Assembly: GCA_963823255.1 (NCBI GenBank)
Contig: CAWGKU010000003.1
Coordinates: 22,913 to 86,912 of the forward strand
DNA from: an uncultured Actinomycetes bacterium
GTDB lineage: Bacteria; Actinomycetota; UBA4738; HRBIN12
DNA: 64,000 nucleotides
Direction of reading: 5' to 3'
How positions within the stretch are numbered: position 1 is the first letter of the stretch; every line of letters starts with the position of its first letter. Of this stretch, positions 19,666 to 29,709 are shown piece after piece. Both the position numbers and the translations under genes were made by a program. The notes under the pieces were generated by a model that had not been told where the DNA came from, searched no databases, and saw nothing but the letters and a program-made list of their open reading frames with translations.

Positions 19666-20604
19666 GTGCAAACGACCGAACGCACGACCCCGCCCACCGA
19701 GATGCTCGCGCTCCTCGAGCCCACGATGCTCCGGGGCCTCGAACGCCACCTGTCCGCCGCCACCGAATGGTTCCCGCACGAGTACGTCCCCTACGAGGTC
19801 GGTCGCAACTACGTGGACGAGCCCTGGGAGGAGACCGACAGCGCCCTCGGGATCGTGTCGAGAACCGCGCTCGAGGTGAACCTGCTGACCGAGGACAACC
19901 TGCCCTACTACCACCTCGCGCTGTGGGAGATCTTCGGCCGGGGCGGCGTCTGGGGCGAGTGGGTCCGCCGATGGACGGCCGAGGAGGGGCGTCACGCGAT
20001 CGTGCTCCGCGACTACCTGACGGTGACCCGCGGCCTCGACCCGGTGCGGCTCGAACGCGGGCGTATGGACCAGGTCTCCCGCGGCTACTACCCGGACGGC
20101 AACGGTGGCCAGAGGGCGCTCGACCCGCTCGACGGCGTCGTCTACACGACGCTGCAGGAGCTCGCCACGCGGATCGCGCACCGCAACACCGGAACGTTCA
20201 CGCAGGACCCGATCATCGAGAAGCTCACGGCGCGGATCGCGACCGACGAGAACCTCCATTACGTGTTCTACCGCGACCTGGGCAAGGCCGCGCTCGAGAT
20301 CGCGCCGTCCGAGATGATGCTCGCGATCAACCGCCAGGTGACCGGGTTCGCGATGCCGGGCCTGGACATCCCCGAGTTCAAGGCGAAGGCGATCGAGATC
20401 GCGAAGGCGGGGATCTACGACCTGCGGATCCACCACGACGAGGTCGTGCTGCCGGTCCTGTTCACGCACTGGAAGATCGACCAGGTGACGGGGCTGACCG
20501 ACGAGGCCGAGCAGGCCCGCGACGGCATCACGAACTACCTGTCGATGCTCGACGCGATGGCGTCGCACTACGAAGAGAAGCGCGCCGCCCGAACCTCGAG
20601 CTGA
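19666..20604 (+). CDS. desA1: Acyl-ACP desaturase (DesA1-like, di-iron)
   Basis: WFPHEYVP, NLLTEDNLPYYH, WTAEEGRH, QELATRIAHRNT, DENLH. Confidence 0.9.
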   Translation: MQTTERTTPPTEMLALLEPTMLRGLERHLSAATEWFPHEYVPYEVGRNYVDEPWEETDSALGIVSRTALEVNLLTEDNLPYYHLALWEIFGRGGVWGEWVRRWTAEEGRHAIVLRDYLTVTRGLDPVRLERGRMDQVSRGYYPDGNGGQRALDPLDGVVYTTLQELATRIAHRNTGTFTQDPIIEKLTARIATDENLHYVFYRDLGKAALEIAPSEMMLAINRQVTGFAMPGLDIPEFKAKAIEIAKAGIYDLRIHHDEVVLPVLFTHWKIDQVTGLTDEAEQARDGITNYLSMLDAMASHYEEKRAARTSS

Positions 20605-20641
20605 CGCCGGGTCGGCGACCCGGGGTATCCTGGTGACCACG

Positions 20642-20863
20642 ATGGCTGCCTACGACTACCTCTGCATGGCGTGCGAGCACCGGTTCGAGGACCGGCGCCC
20701 GATGACCGCCTCCGTGGACACCGCGCTCGCGTGCCCCTCCTGCGGCAGCGACCGCGTGCGCCGGCAGTTCTCGTTCATCGCCGGCACCGCGTCCACGGGT
20801 TCGAGCGCTCCCCACGCGACGGGCGGCTGCGCGTGCGGCGGCGCCTGCGCCTGCGGCCACTGA
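20642..20863 (+). CDS. FmdB family zinc-ribbon regulatory protein with Cys/Gly-rich tail
   Basis: YDYLCMACEHRFE...CPSCGS; tail GGCACGGACACGH. Confidence 0.88.
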   Translation: MAAYDYLCMACEHRFEDRRPMTASVDTALACPSCGSDRVRRQFSFIAGTASTGSSAPHATGGCACGGACACGH

Positions 20864-20984
20864 CGGCGCGTCCGGTTCGAACCGCTCCCGCCACGTGGCG
20901 ACCGTGCGACGAACGTGACCAGGTTCCGTTGCATTTGGGTGTCGACGCTTGTCCGCACCCCGCCGGACCGACGACGATGTCGCC

Positions 20985-21305
20985 ATGAGCGTGGAGATGA
21001 ACATGACGCTGTCGTTCGTCCTCGTCGGCACGGCCGCCGTCGCCGCGGGGGCGGTGGGCATCCGCTTGCCGGCCGGGGACCGCATCGCGGCCGGTCTTCC
21101 TCTGGTCATCGGCGCGGGGGTGGGTGTCGCGGCCGCCGCGATCGGGAGCCAGATCGTGAGCGACACGCCCGAGGGCTATTCGTCGGTGTTCCTCGTGGCC
21201 TCGGTGCTCGGCTTCGTCGCGACGCTCGTGGGTCTGGTCGTCCTGTGGCGCCGGACCGAACGCGAACGCTCGGACGCGGCGGGCTCAGCGACGAGCCAGA
21301 GCTAG
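20985..21305 (+). CDS. Hypothetical 3-TM membrane protein
   Basis: Three hydrophobic segments. Confidence 0.55.
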   Translation: MSVEMNMTLSFVLVGTAAVAAGAVGIRLPAGDRIAAGLPLVIGAGVGVAAAAIGSQIVSDTPEGYSSVFLVASVLGFVATLVGLVVLWRRTERERSDAAGSATSQS

Positions 21306-22173
21306 CGCCAGCCGTTCGAGCGACGCCTCGGTCATGGGCTGGAGCACCACCATCAGATGGCCGATCCCGAGCTCGTCGTACGCGGCCAGGGCCTCCGCGA
21401 GCTCGTCGACCGATCCGTCGAACGCCCGGTCGTCTCCGCCCTGTTCGGCCGGCGGGAGCGACGGGTCGCGCACCTCGATCCCGACGGTGCGTTCGAGCGT
21501 CGCCGGGTCCCGGCCCTCCGCCGCGAGCGCCGCGTCGAGCTCGCCCAGACGCTCGCGCAGACGTTCGTCGGGTGCCCCGAACCAGGCCGTGTTCCACGCG
21601 TCCGCGTGCCGGGCGGTCAGCCCCAGCATCCGCGCGCCGAACGACGCCACCAGGATCGGGATGTCGCGCGCCGGCGGGGGTTCGAGCACCGCGTCCCGCG
21701 TCGTGAAGTACTCGCCCTCGAACGTCACCTTCTCGCCGCGCAGCAACGGACGGACGATCCGGAGCGCCTCGCCGAAGCGTTCGACGCGGTGGTCCTTCGG
21801 GAACCCGAACGCTTCGTACTCCGCGTCGTGCCACCCGGCCCCGAGGCCGAGGATCAGCCGTCCCCCGCTCACCTCGTCGGCGGTCGCCGCCATCTTGGCC
21901 ACGAGCGAGGGGTCGCGGAAGCTCGAGCACAGCACGAGCGTGCCGATCTCGACGCGTTCGGTCGCGGCGGCGAGGGCGCTCACGATCGTCCACGCCTCGA
22001 GCTGCCCGTCGATCGGTCCGCTCGGCGGGCTTGTGGAAGAAGTGGTCGAACATCCACACCGAATCGAGCCCGTGCGCCTCGGCCGCCCGCGCGAACGACG
22101 CGATCGCCGGCCACGAGGGTCGGTCGCCCCCGGCATCGCTCGCGGCCCCGGGCACGATCACGCCGATCTTCAC
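21285..22173 (-). CDS. LLM class flavin/F420-dependent oxidoreductase (frameshift near 22030)
   Basis: AEAHGLDSVWMFDHF in one frame; EAWT..ALAAATERVEIGTLV and SGGRLILGLGAGW in the next. Confidence 0.9.
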
Positions 22174-22197
22174 GCGCGGAGTGTATGAAGGATCCCG

Positions 22198-22632
22198 ATG
22201 ACCGGTCCGTTGCGCGTGACCCGATCCGTCGTGATCCCCGAACGCGAGCTCGCGTGGCGGTTCAGCCGTTCGTCGGGGCCGGGCGGTCAGTCGGTCAACA
22301 CGGCCGACTCGCGCGTCGAGCTCAGCCTGGACGTCGCGAGGACGACCGCGCTCGGCCCGGTCCAGCGCGCGCGGGTGCTCGAACGCCTCTCGCGCCGGCT
22401 CGTCGACGGCGTCCTGACCGTCAAGGCCTCCGAGCATCGCTCGCAGCTCCGCAACCGCGAGGCCGCGCTCGAACGCATGGCGAAGACGCTGGCCGCAGCC
22501 CTCGCGCCGCCGCCGCCGCGCCGGCGCCTCACCCGACCCACCCGTGGCGCCGTCGAACGCCGGCTGGCCGACAAGAAGCGGCGCGCGCGGACCAAGCTCC
22601 GGCGCAGCGAGCCAAGGAACGAGGAGGACTGA
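22198..22632 (+). CDS. arfB: Alternative ribosome-rescue peptidyl-tRNA hydrolase ArfB
   Basis: RSSGPGGQSVN (GGQ), RSQLRNRE, basic C-terminal tail. Confidence 0.95.
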   Translation: MTGPLRVTRSVVIPERELAWRFSRSSGPGGQSVNTADSRVELSLDVARTTALGPVQRARVLERLSRRLVDGVLTVKASEHRSQLRNREAALERMAKTLAAALAPPPPRRRLTRPTRGAVERRLADKKRRARTKLRRSEPRNEED

Positions 22633-22687
22633 AAGGAACGATGAGGACTGACCTCCTCCCCGGACGTGGACTACCATCTGCGGACCG

Positions 22688-23311
22688 ATGGCCGGACCCT
22701 CGTACGACGCTCAGACGGCTCTCGTGGTGGTCGACGTCCAGAACGACTTCGCGCACCCTGATGGCGGGCTGTACGTGAAGGGTGGCGAGAGCCTCGTCCC
22801 CACGATCAACGCCCAGATCGCGAACGCCCGCGCCGCCGGCGCCCACGTCGTCTACACGGCGGACTGGCATCCGGCCTCGACCCCGCACTTCGCCAAGGAC
22901 GGCGGGATCTGGCCGGTCCATTGCGTCATGGACACGTGGGGGGCGGAGTTCCACCCCGACCTCGATGTCGACGGTCCGGTCGTCCGGAAGGGGTCGAACG
23001 GCGAGGACGGGTACTCGGGGTTCACGATGCGGGATCCGACGACCGAGGAGACCGAGCCGACCGAGCTCGCCGAGCTCCTCCACGAACGAGGTGTCCTCCG
23101 TCTGGTCGTGTGTGGGCTGGCGACCGACTACTGCGTGAACTCGACGGCGCTCGACGGGATCAAGCAGGGCTTCCGCGTCCGGGTGCTCTTCGACGCCATC
23201 CGTGCGGTGGATCTTCAGCACGGCGACGGCGAACGCGCGATCGCGGCGGTCGAACGCGCGGGCGGCGAGATCGTCCGGACCACCTCATCCGAGGCCCCGA
23301 GCGGTTCCTAG
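22688..23311 (+). CDS. pncA: Nicotinamidase/pyrazinamidase (isochorismatase family)
   Basis: VDVQNDF, DWHP..H, WPVHCV, YSGF, GLATDYCV. Confidence 0.9.
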   Translation: MAGPSYDAQTALVVVDVQNDFAHPDGGLYVKGGESLVPTINAQIANARAAGAHVVYTADWHPASTPHFAKDGGIWPVHCVMDTWGAEFHPDLDVDGPVVRKGSNGEDGYSGFTMRDPTTEETEPTELAELLHERGVLRLVVCGLATDYCVNSTALDGIKQGFRVRVLFDAIRAVDLQHGDGERAIAAVERAGGEIVRTTSSEAPSGS

Positions 23312-24108
23312 AGGTCCATCAGCGCCTTGCGCTGCCCGCCGTCCATCGGGATGTGCGCGCCGTTCAGGTAGCTCGCGCGCGGGGAGGCGAGGAACGCCAC
23401 GAGGTTCGCGACCTCTTCGGGCTCGCAGATCCGGCCGAGCGGGAGGCTGCCGATGGCGAGCTCGTGCGCGGCGTCCTGGTCGATGCCCTTGTCGCGCGCG
23501 AACGCCTTCTCGAGCCCGTCCCACCGCTCGGTGTTGACCGGCCCGGGGTTCACGGTGTTCACGCGGATCCCGAGCGGGCCGTACTGCTCGGCCAGCGACG
23601 AGGCGAAGTTGATGTCGGCGGCGTTCGCCACGCCCGCCGTCATCTCCCAGTAGCTCGGCTTCAGGCCGTCGTTGCCGACGACCAGGACGATGCTTCCGCT
23701 GCCCGCCTCGCGCATGTGGGGCACGACCGCGCGGCAGGTGCGGACATAACCCATGAACTTCAGGTTCAGGCTGCCGAACCAGTCGTCCTCCGTCAGGTTC
23801 TCGAGCAGGCCGCCCGGCGAAGAGCCCGCGCAGGTCACGAGGATGTCGATACGACCGAAGCGTCCGATCGTCTCCGCCACCGTTCGCTCGACGTCCTCGA
23901 CGACGCTCATGTCGCCTTGCAGCGGTATCACCTCGCCGCCGGTCTCGCTCGCGAGCTCGGCCGCCGTCCGCTGCAGCAGCTCGTCGCCGCGAGCCGTGAT
24001 CGCGACCTGACATCCCTCCTGCGCGAGGATGCGCGCGGTGGCCTTGCCGATGCCCTTGCTCGCCCCGGTGACGAACGCGATCGCGCCCTCGAGCCCCAGA
24101 TCCATCAC
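23308..24108 (-). CDS. SDR family oxidoreductase
   Basis: TGASKGIG, NTVNPGPVNT; lacks canonical YxxxK (atypical SDR). Confidence 0.9.
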   Translation of the reverse strand: MMDLGLEGAIAFVTGASKGIGKATARILAQEGCQVAITARGDELLQRTAAELASETGGEVIPLQGDMSVVEDVERTVAETIGRFGRIDILVTCAGSSPGGLLENLTEDDWFGSLNLKFMGYVRTCRAVVPHMREAGSGSIVLVVGNDGLKPSYWEMTAGVANAADINFASSLAEQYGPLGIRVNTVNPGPVNTERWDGLEKAFARDKGIDQDAAHELAIGSLPLGRICEPEEVANLVAFLASPRASYLNGAHIPMDGGQRKALMDL

Positions 24109-24154
24109 GCCTCCCCTCGCCGGCCGAACGCCGGCCGCGCCGGATGATAGGGCA

Positions 24155-25427
24155 TCAGCTTCTCGGGACCGCCGGCCGCGGGAGCGGGTCGCCGGTTGGG
24201 CGCAGGATCTCGGCCGCCGCGAGCAGCGTGCCCTCGCCGTCGCCGGGGCCGATCAGCTGGACGCCGAGGGGGAGACCCTCGCTCGAGGTCGCGAACGGGA
24301 CGGACAGGGCCGGGAGCCCCGCGACGTTGGCCGGGGTCGTGAACCACGCCGGCCCCCCGAGCGTGGACGTCGATCGTCGAGCCGTCGCCGAGGTCCACCT
24401 CCGCCGCGTCGATCGGGGGTGCGGCGTACGGCGTGGTCGCCGTGAGGAGGAGGTCGATGCCCGCGAACGACTCGGCGAACCAAGCACGGATCTCGTCGGC
24501 GCGGGCGCGAGCGCTCGGCAGTTCGTTCCGGTGCGCCTCGCCCCACCGGATCAGCGATGCGGCACCGGCGCCGAGCGACGGGTGGTGGAGCAGTCCACCG
24601 TAGCGCTCCGCGAACGCCGGCCACGCGAGCCGGTTCCACACATGCTGGATGTCGTCGAGCGACGACCCGTCGACGTCGCGCACCTCGACGCCGGCGTCTC
24701 GGAAGCGTTCGGCCGCGTGCCGGATGGCAGCTCGGATCTCGAGCCCACATCGTCCCCACCGCCCGCCGCGGAGCCGACCGACGACGGCCGCGCCCTCGTC
24801 GTCGCCGGGTCGATCCGCGACCACCTCCCAGCCCCGACGCAGGTCCTTCAGCGAGCTGCCGAGCAGGCCCGGGCAGTCCATCTCGGGGGCGAGCGGCATC
24901 ATGCCCTGGGTCGAGATCCGCCCGTGCGTTGGCTTCAGGCCCCAGGTCCCGCAGAACGCAGCCGGGATCCTTGCCGAACCTCCCGTGTCCGAGACCAGGC
25001 TGATCGGGACGATGCCGGTCGCGACCGCGATCGCCGAGCCGCCGCTCGATCCGCCGCTGATCCTGGTCGGATCCCACGGGTTCCGGGTGGGTCCGCAGGC
25101 CGACCCGAGGTTGGTCACGCCCGCCGCGAGCTCGTGCTGGTTCGTCTTGCCGATCACGATCGCGCCGGCGTCTCGGAGGCGGGCGACGAGTGTCGCGTCG
25201 CGTTCGGCGGGTCGGGGTGGGATCGCGGCGCAACATCCCGTGGTCGGGTGGCCGCGAGCGTCGAACAGGTCCTTCACCGCTATCGGCACACCGGCGAGGG
25301 GCCCGTCCCGACCGGGATCCTCGACGTCGGCTCGAGCCTCGTCGGCGAACACCTGCGCGAAGGCGTTCGTCGGCCCCTGCCACGCGTCGATGCCCTCGAG
25401 CGCGGCGTCTATGACCCCGGGCGTCAT
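24155..25427 (-). CDS. Amidase signature family protein (frameshift near 24360)
   Basis: VKDLF, GKTNQHE, GGSSGGS, SDTGGSARIPAA; C-terminus NVAGLPALSVP...GLPLGVQLIG in another frame. Confidence 0.9.
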
Positions 25428-27032
25428 CTATCCAACGCCGCCGGCGAGCTCGCGGAGCCGCTCACGGTCGAGCTTGCCGATCGCATTCACCGGGAGCTCG
25501 CCGATCGCGATGACGCGCTTGGGGCACTTGTACGCGGCGAGCCGACCGTGCGCGAAGGCGATCAACCCGTCGCCGTTCGGCACGCGGCCCGGCTCGGTGA
25601 CGACGAACGCGACGACCTCCTCACCCCACCGCTCGGACGCGACCCCAACGACCGCGGCCGCGCTCACGTCCGCGTGGGTCTCCAGCGCCAACTCGACCTC
25701 TCGCGGGTAGACGTTGAGGCCGCCGGTGATGATGACCTCCTTGGAACGGCCCGTGATGGTGAGGAACCCGTCGCGCGGGTCGACGCGCCCGATGTCGCCG
25801 GTTCGGAACCATCCACCCGGGTGGAACGCGGTGGTGGTTTCGGCGTCCTCGGTGTAGCCGGTGAACACCTGCGGGCCGCGGAACACGATCTCGCCGTCCG
25901 AACCCGATCCTAGCGGCACGCCGTCCGGGTCCGCGATCGCCATCGAGACGCCCGGCAGCGGCAGGCCCACGCTCCCGGGTCGAGCGGAGACCGCGTACGG
26001 GTTGGACGTGTCGAGGCCGCTCTCGGTGGTGCCGTAGCGCTCGAGCGGTTCCCGACCGAGCAGCGCGGCCGCGCGGTCGAACAGCGAGGGGGAGAGCGGT
26101 GCGGAGCCTGAGATCGCGAGCCGGAGCGTGGCGAACGCCGACGGTCCGATACCGTCGGTCCCGACGAGGCGCTGGTAGATCGCGGGGACGGCGAACAACA
26201 CCGTCGCCCGCTCGTCCTCGACATCGGCGGCGAGCCGAGCCGCGTCGAAGCCGGCGTGGATCACCGCCCGCGATCCCGCGAGCAGCGTCGCGTGCACGCC
26301 GCCGAGCCCGTGCTGGTGCGAGAGCGGGAGGGCGTGTAGGAGCACGTCCTCGGCGTTCCACCGCCAGGCGAGCATCGCCGCGCGGATCGACGACAGCAGG
26401 TTCGCGTGCGAGAGCGGCACGCCCTTGGGTCGACCGGTCGTCCCCGAGGTGAACGCCAGTACGGCGGTGGCAGAACCCGGGACCTCGACCGGGTCGAGCG
26501 GCTCACCCGTCGCCTCGGCCTCGGCCAGGCTCGAACCGGAGTCGGCGTCCAGGGCCACCACCGGCCATCGATCGGCGGCGAGCGTTCGAAGCGTCGTGCG
26601 CGAGGTTCCGCCGGCGAACGCAGCGACGGGGTCGGCGATCGCGGCGATCCCCGCGAGCTCGGGCCCGGCGAGCGTCGGGGCCAGGGGAACGGCGGTGGCC
26701 CCGACCCGGAGCGTCGCGAGGTACGCCACGACGAGCGCGAGGGAGTTCGGGGCGCAGAGCAGCACCCGGTCTCCCGGTTCGACCCCGTGCGTTCGCAGCC
26801 ATCCAGCGACCCCGGCCGCCCGGTCGTCCAGGTCGCCGTGGCCAGCCGAGGCGCCGTCGATCGTCAGCGCGGGCGCATCCGGGCGAGCGTCGGCCGACTC
26901 GCGGAACGCCGCCGCCAGCGATCCGGCGCCGAGCGCCGCGAGCAGCCCGTCGTCCACCTTCCCCCCGAGGTGCGTCTCCCACGCCGCCGGAGCGGCCCGT
27001 GCGATCGTCCCGTCGGCGAGCGGGTCAGGCAT
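25428..27032 (-). CDS. Acyl-CoA synthetase (MatB/malonyl-CoA synthetase-like)
   Basis: FTSGTTGRPKG, ERYGTTE, WFRTGD, GGLNVYPREVE. Confidence 0.9.
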   Translation of the reverse strand: MPDPLADGTIARAAPAAWETHLGGKVDDGLLAALGAGSLAAAFRESADARPDAPALTIDGASAGHGDLDDRAAGVAGWLRTHGVEPGDRVLLCAPNSLALVVAYLATLRVGATAVPLAPTLAGPELAGIAAIADPVAAFAGGTSRTTLRTLAADRWPVVALDADSGSSLAEAEATGEPLDPVEVPGSATAVLAFTSGTTGRPKGVPLSHANLLSSIRAAMLAWRWNAEDVLLHALPLSHQHGLGGVHATLLAGSRAVIHAGFDAARLAADVEDERATVLFAVPAIYQRLVGTDGIGPSAFATLRLAISGSAPLSPSLFDRAAALLGREPLERYGTTESGLDTSNPYAVSARPGSVGLPLPGVSMAIADPDGVPLGSGSDGEIVFRGPQVFTGYTEDAETTTAFHPGGWFRTGDIGRVDPRDGFLTITGRSKEVIITGGLNVYPREVELALETHADVSAAAVVGVASERWGEEVVAFVVTEPGRVPNGDGLIAFAHGRLAAYKCPKRVIAIGELPVNAIGKLDRERLRELAGGVG

Positions 27033-27738
27033 CGTCGCGGAGGGGAGCGGGGAGCGAGGCCTCCGGGATCTCTCCCGACCACGTCGACAGGTTGTCCCGC
27101 CGTTCGCGTCGCAGGGCCTCGAGAAGGCCGTCCGAGGTGACGAGCCGCTTCACGCGGGCGACGGCCGGGGCGTCCAGCCGCACGAGCCGCGTCGCGAGCT
27201 CGAGGGCCTCGGCGTCCGGATCGTGGGCGACCCGGTCGACGAGGCCGATGGCCGCGGCCTCGTCCGCCGACACCGGCCGCATCGACAGGCAGAGATCCAT
27301 CGCGCGTCCCCTGCCGACGAGCGAGCCGAGCCCCCACGCCCCGACGGCGAGCCCGTGGCCCGGTCCGGCGAACCGGATCTGCGCCGTCGGGCCGGCGACC
27401 CGGAGGTCGGCTGCGATCGCGAGCTGCGCGCCGCCGCCGATCGCCGGCCCCGGGATCGAGGCCACGATCGGCGCGGGCGACGCGAGCATGCGTTCGTACG
27501 TCTCGTACAGGAGATCGCTCACGGCGACACGCTCCGCCGGTTCCAGCGAGAGGTCCAACCCCGCGCAGTACGCCTCGGGTCCGCTGCTGCCGAGGATCAC
27601 GACCTTCGCATCGGACGACCCGAACGCCTCGACCAGCGCCTCGGCGAGCTCGCGGTCCACGGCGTTGCGTTTGGCGGGCCGATCCAGACGCAGGCGGAGC
27701 ACGCCCTCGGCGGGCTCGTCCGTCCGAAGGACGCTCAC
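27025..27738 (-). CDS. Enoyl-CoA hydratase/isomerase family protein
   Basis: DRPAKRNA, YCAGLDL, AIGGGAQLA..DLRVA. Confidence 0.88.
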   Translation of the reverse strand: MSVLRTDEPAEGVLRLRLDRPAKRNAVDRELAEALVEAFGSSDAKVVILGSSGPEAYCAGLDLSLEPAERVAVSDLLYETYERMLASPAPIVASIPGPAIGGGAQLAIAADLRVAGPTAQIRFAGPGHGLAVGAWGLGSLVGRGRAMDLCLSMRPVSADEAAAIGLVDRVAHDPDAEALELATRLVRLDAPAVARVKRLVTSDGLLEALRRERRDNLSTWSGEIPEASLPAPLRDDA

Positions 27739-28136
27739 CGCGGCTGGACGAGCTCGACGATGATGCCGCCGAACCGCTCGGGCTCGAGGAAGGCGATGAT
27801 CGTGTTCCCGGCGCCGGGCCGGGGCGCGGCACCGGTGGGGCGCACGCCCTTGTCCGCGAGCTCCTGCAGCGCTGCGTCCAGATCGTCGACCTCGAACGCC
27901 ACGTGCTGGATGCCCGGCCCGGCGCTCGCGAGCCAGTCGGCGCTGAAGCCCTCCGCCGTGAGCGGTTGGATCAGCTCCACCAACACCTCGCCGCAGGGCA
28001 GGAAGGCGATGTCGAGCTCCTCGCCGTAGGGCTCGGTGTGATCGAGCTCGAGCCCGAGCACATCGCGGAACCCGCCGATGGCCCGGTCGAGGTCGGCGAC
28101 GATCATCCCCATGTGGTGGACCCGGCCGATGTTCAC
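27735..28136 (-). CDS. VOC family protein, methylmalonyl-CoA epimerase-like
   Basis: VHHMGMIVADL, VELIQP, GIQHVAFEVDD, IAFLEP..FGGIIVELVQ; GTGA overlaps at both ends. Confidence 0.85.
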   Translation of the reverse strand: MNIGRVHHMGMIVADLDRAIGGFRDVLGLELDHTEPYGEELDIAFLPCGEVLVELIQPLTAEGFSADWLASAGPGIQHVAFEVDDLDAALQELADKGVRPTGAAPRPGAGNTIIAFLEPERFGGIIVELVQPR

Positions 28137-28775
28137 CCGGGAAGCTCCGCGACCACGCGTGCGGGCGCGCCGTTCTCCCCGGCGATCCGGATCGGGAAGG
28201 CGCTGACAGTGAACCCTTCCGGCGGGAGCTCGGGCAGGCGCATCAGGTTCTCGATCAGCAGCACGTCGGCGCCCAGGAGCACGACGTGGTTCGGGAACGG
28301 CTCTGCCGCGGTCTACGGCGAAGTCCAGGCCGATCGCCGATGGCGCGGCGGCCGCGATCGCCTCGGCGGCATCCAGCGCGAGGTACGGGTTCCCGCCGTA
28401 CAGCTGCGGCGTCTCGAACGCGCGATCGGTCCACCCGGTCGCGAGCATCAGGATCGACTCGCGAGAGGCGGCCGCGTCGAAGCCGGCCGCGGTGAGCTCC
28501 TGCAACCCGATCTGCGAACCGGGTTCGGAGCCGGTGAGGTCGAGACGCAGGCCTGGGCGGTGGAACCGATCGATCGCGATCTCGTCGATCGCCGCGCCGT
28601 CGGCGATGAAGTGGGAGGGAGCGTCGATGTGCGTGGCCGTGTGCAGGCTGAGCGACATCACGGTGTTGCGGAGCCCGTCGCGTTCGAGCAGATGCAGCGG
28701 CGTGAACGTCGGCTCGGGGTGTCCGGGGACCGGCACGGTCTTGGGGGACAACGGCATCGACAGGTCCACGAGCAT
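28133..28775 (-). CDS. Cyclase family (KynB-like) metal hydrolase (frameshift near 28305)
   Basis: HTATHIDAPSHF motif; C-terminus NHVVLLGADVLLIENL...GAPARVVAELPG* in another frame. Confidence 0.88.
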
Positions 28776-28845
28776 GGGCGGTCCTCTCCGCGCGAGACGC
28801 GACTGTACTATGGCGCTTCCCCGCGGTCCGGCTCGAGGAGAGAGG

Positions 28846-29709
28846 TTGAAACCGGCGAGCTTCGCGTATCACCGCGCCGCTTCGGTGGGCGAGGCGCTCG
28901 AGCTCCTCGCGCGCGAGGGCGAGGACGCCAAGGTGATCGCCGGCGGGCAGAGCCTCGTGCCGCTGATGGCGTTCCGCCTCGCGAGACCGTCGGCGTTGAT
29001 CGACATCAACCGCGTCACGGAGCTGCGCTACGTGAGGCGCGACGGCGACGCGCTACGGATCGGAGCCCTCGCCACGCACCGCGACATCGAGACCAACGCG
29101 GAGCCCGGCGTCCTCGAGGGCTACTCGATCCTGCCGCGCGCGGCCCGTTTCATCGGCCACTACCCGATCCGAACGCGAGGCACGTTCGGCGGCAGCATCG
29201 CGCACGCGGATCCGACCTCCGAATGGTGCATGCTCGCACTGCTGCTCGATGCCGAGATCGTCATCGCCGGACCGCAGGGCTCGCGTACCGTCGCCGCCTC
29301 GGACTTCTTCCTCGGGGTCTTCACGACCGCGCTCGGCGCCGACGAGGTCGTGACCGAGACCCACTTCCCCGGGCCGGCGCCGCGATCCGCGATCCGCGAG
29401 TTCGCGCGGCGGCAGGGCGATTTCGCGGTCGTCGCTGTCGCGACCGCGCTCGAGATGGAGGACGGGCGGGTGCGGTCGGCGCGGATCGCGCTCGCGGGGG
29501 TGAGCGACGCTCCGGTCCGAGCGATGGAGGCGGAGGCGATGCTCGCCGGGGCCGCGCCGACCGACGAGGCGTTCGACGAGGCGGGGCGGGCCGCGGCGGC
29601 GGGTCTGCGGCCGCCGTCCGACATCCACGGGAGCTCGGACTACCGCAAGGAGCTCGCGGCTGCGCTCGTCCGGCGGGCGCTCGGCGACGCGGTGCGTGCC
29701 GATGGCTGA
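28846..29709 (+). CDS. Molybdenum hydroxylase FAD-binding medium subunit (CoxM/XdhB-like)
   Basis: TTG start MKPASFAYH; IAGGQSLVP, IRTRGTFGGSIAHADP, GDFA. Confidence 0.93.
   Translation: MKPASFAYHRAASVGEALELLAREGEDAKVIAGGQSLVPLMAFRLARPSALIDINRVTELRYVRRDGDALRIGALATHRDIETNAEPGVLEGYSILPRAARFIGHYPIRTRGTFGGSIAHADPTSEWCMLALLLDAEIVIAGPQGSRTVAASDFFLGVFTTALGADEVVTETHFPGPAPRSAIREFARRQGDFAVVAVATALEMEDGRVRSARIALAGVSDAPVRAMEAEAMLAGAAPTDEAFDEAGRAAAAGLRPPSDIHGSSDYRKELAAALVRRALGDAVRADG

Noticed and set aside
27735-28775. Cyclase-VOC fusion protein (346-aa ORF)
   Set aside because: Produced by a frameshift near 28305. The correct cyclase frame stops at 28133 with a GTGA overlap onto a separate VOC gene.
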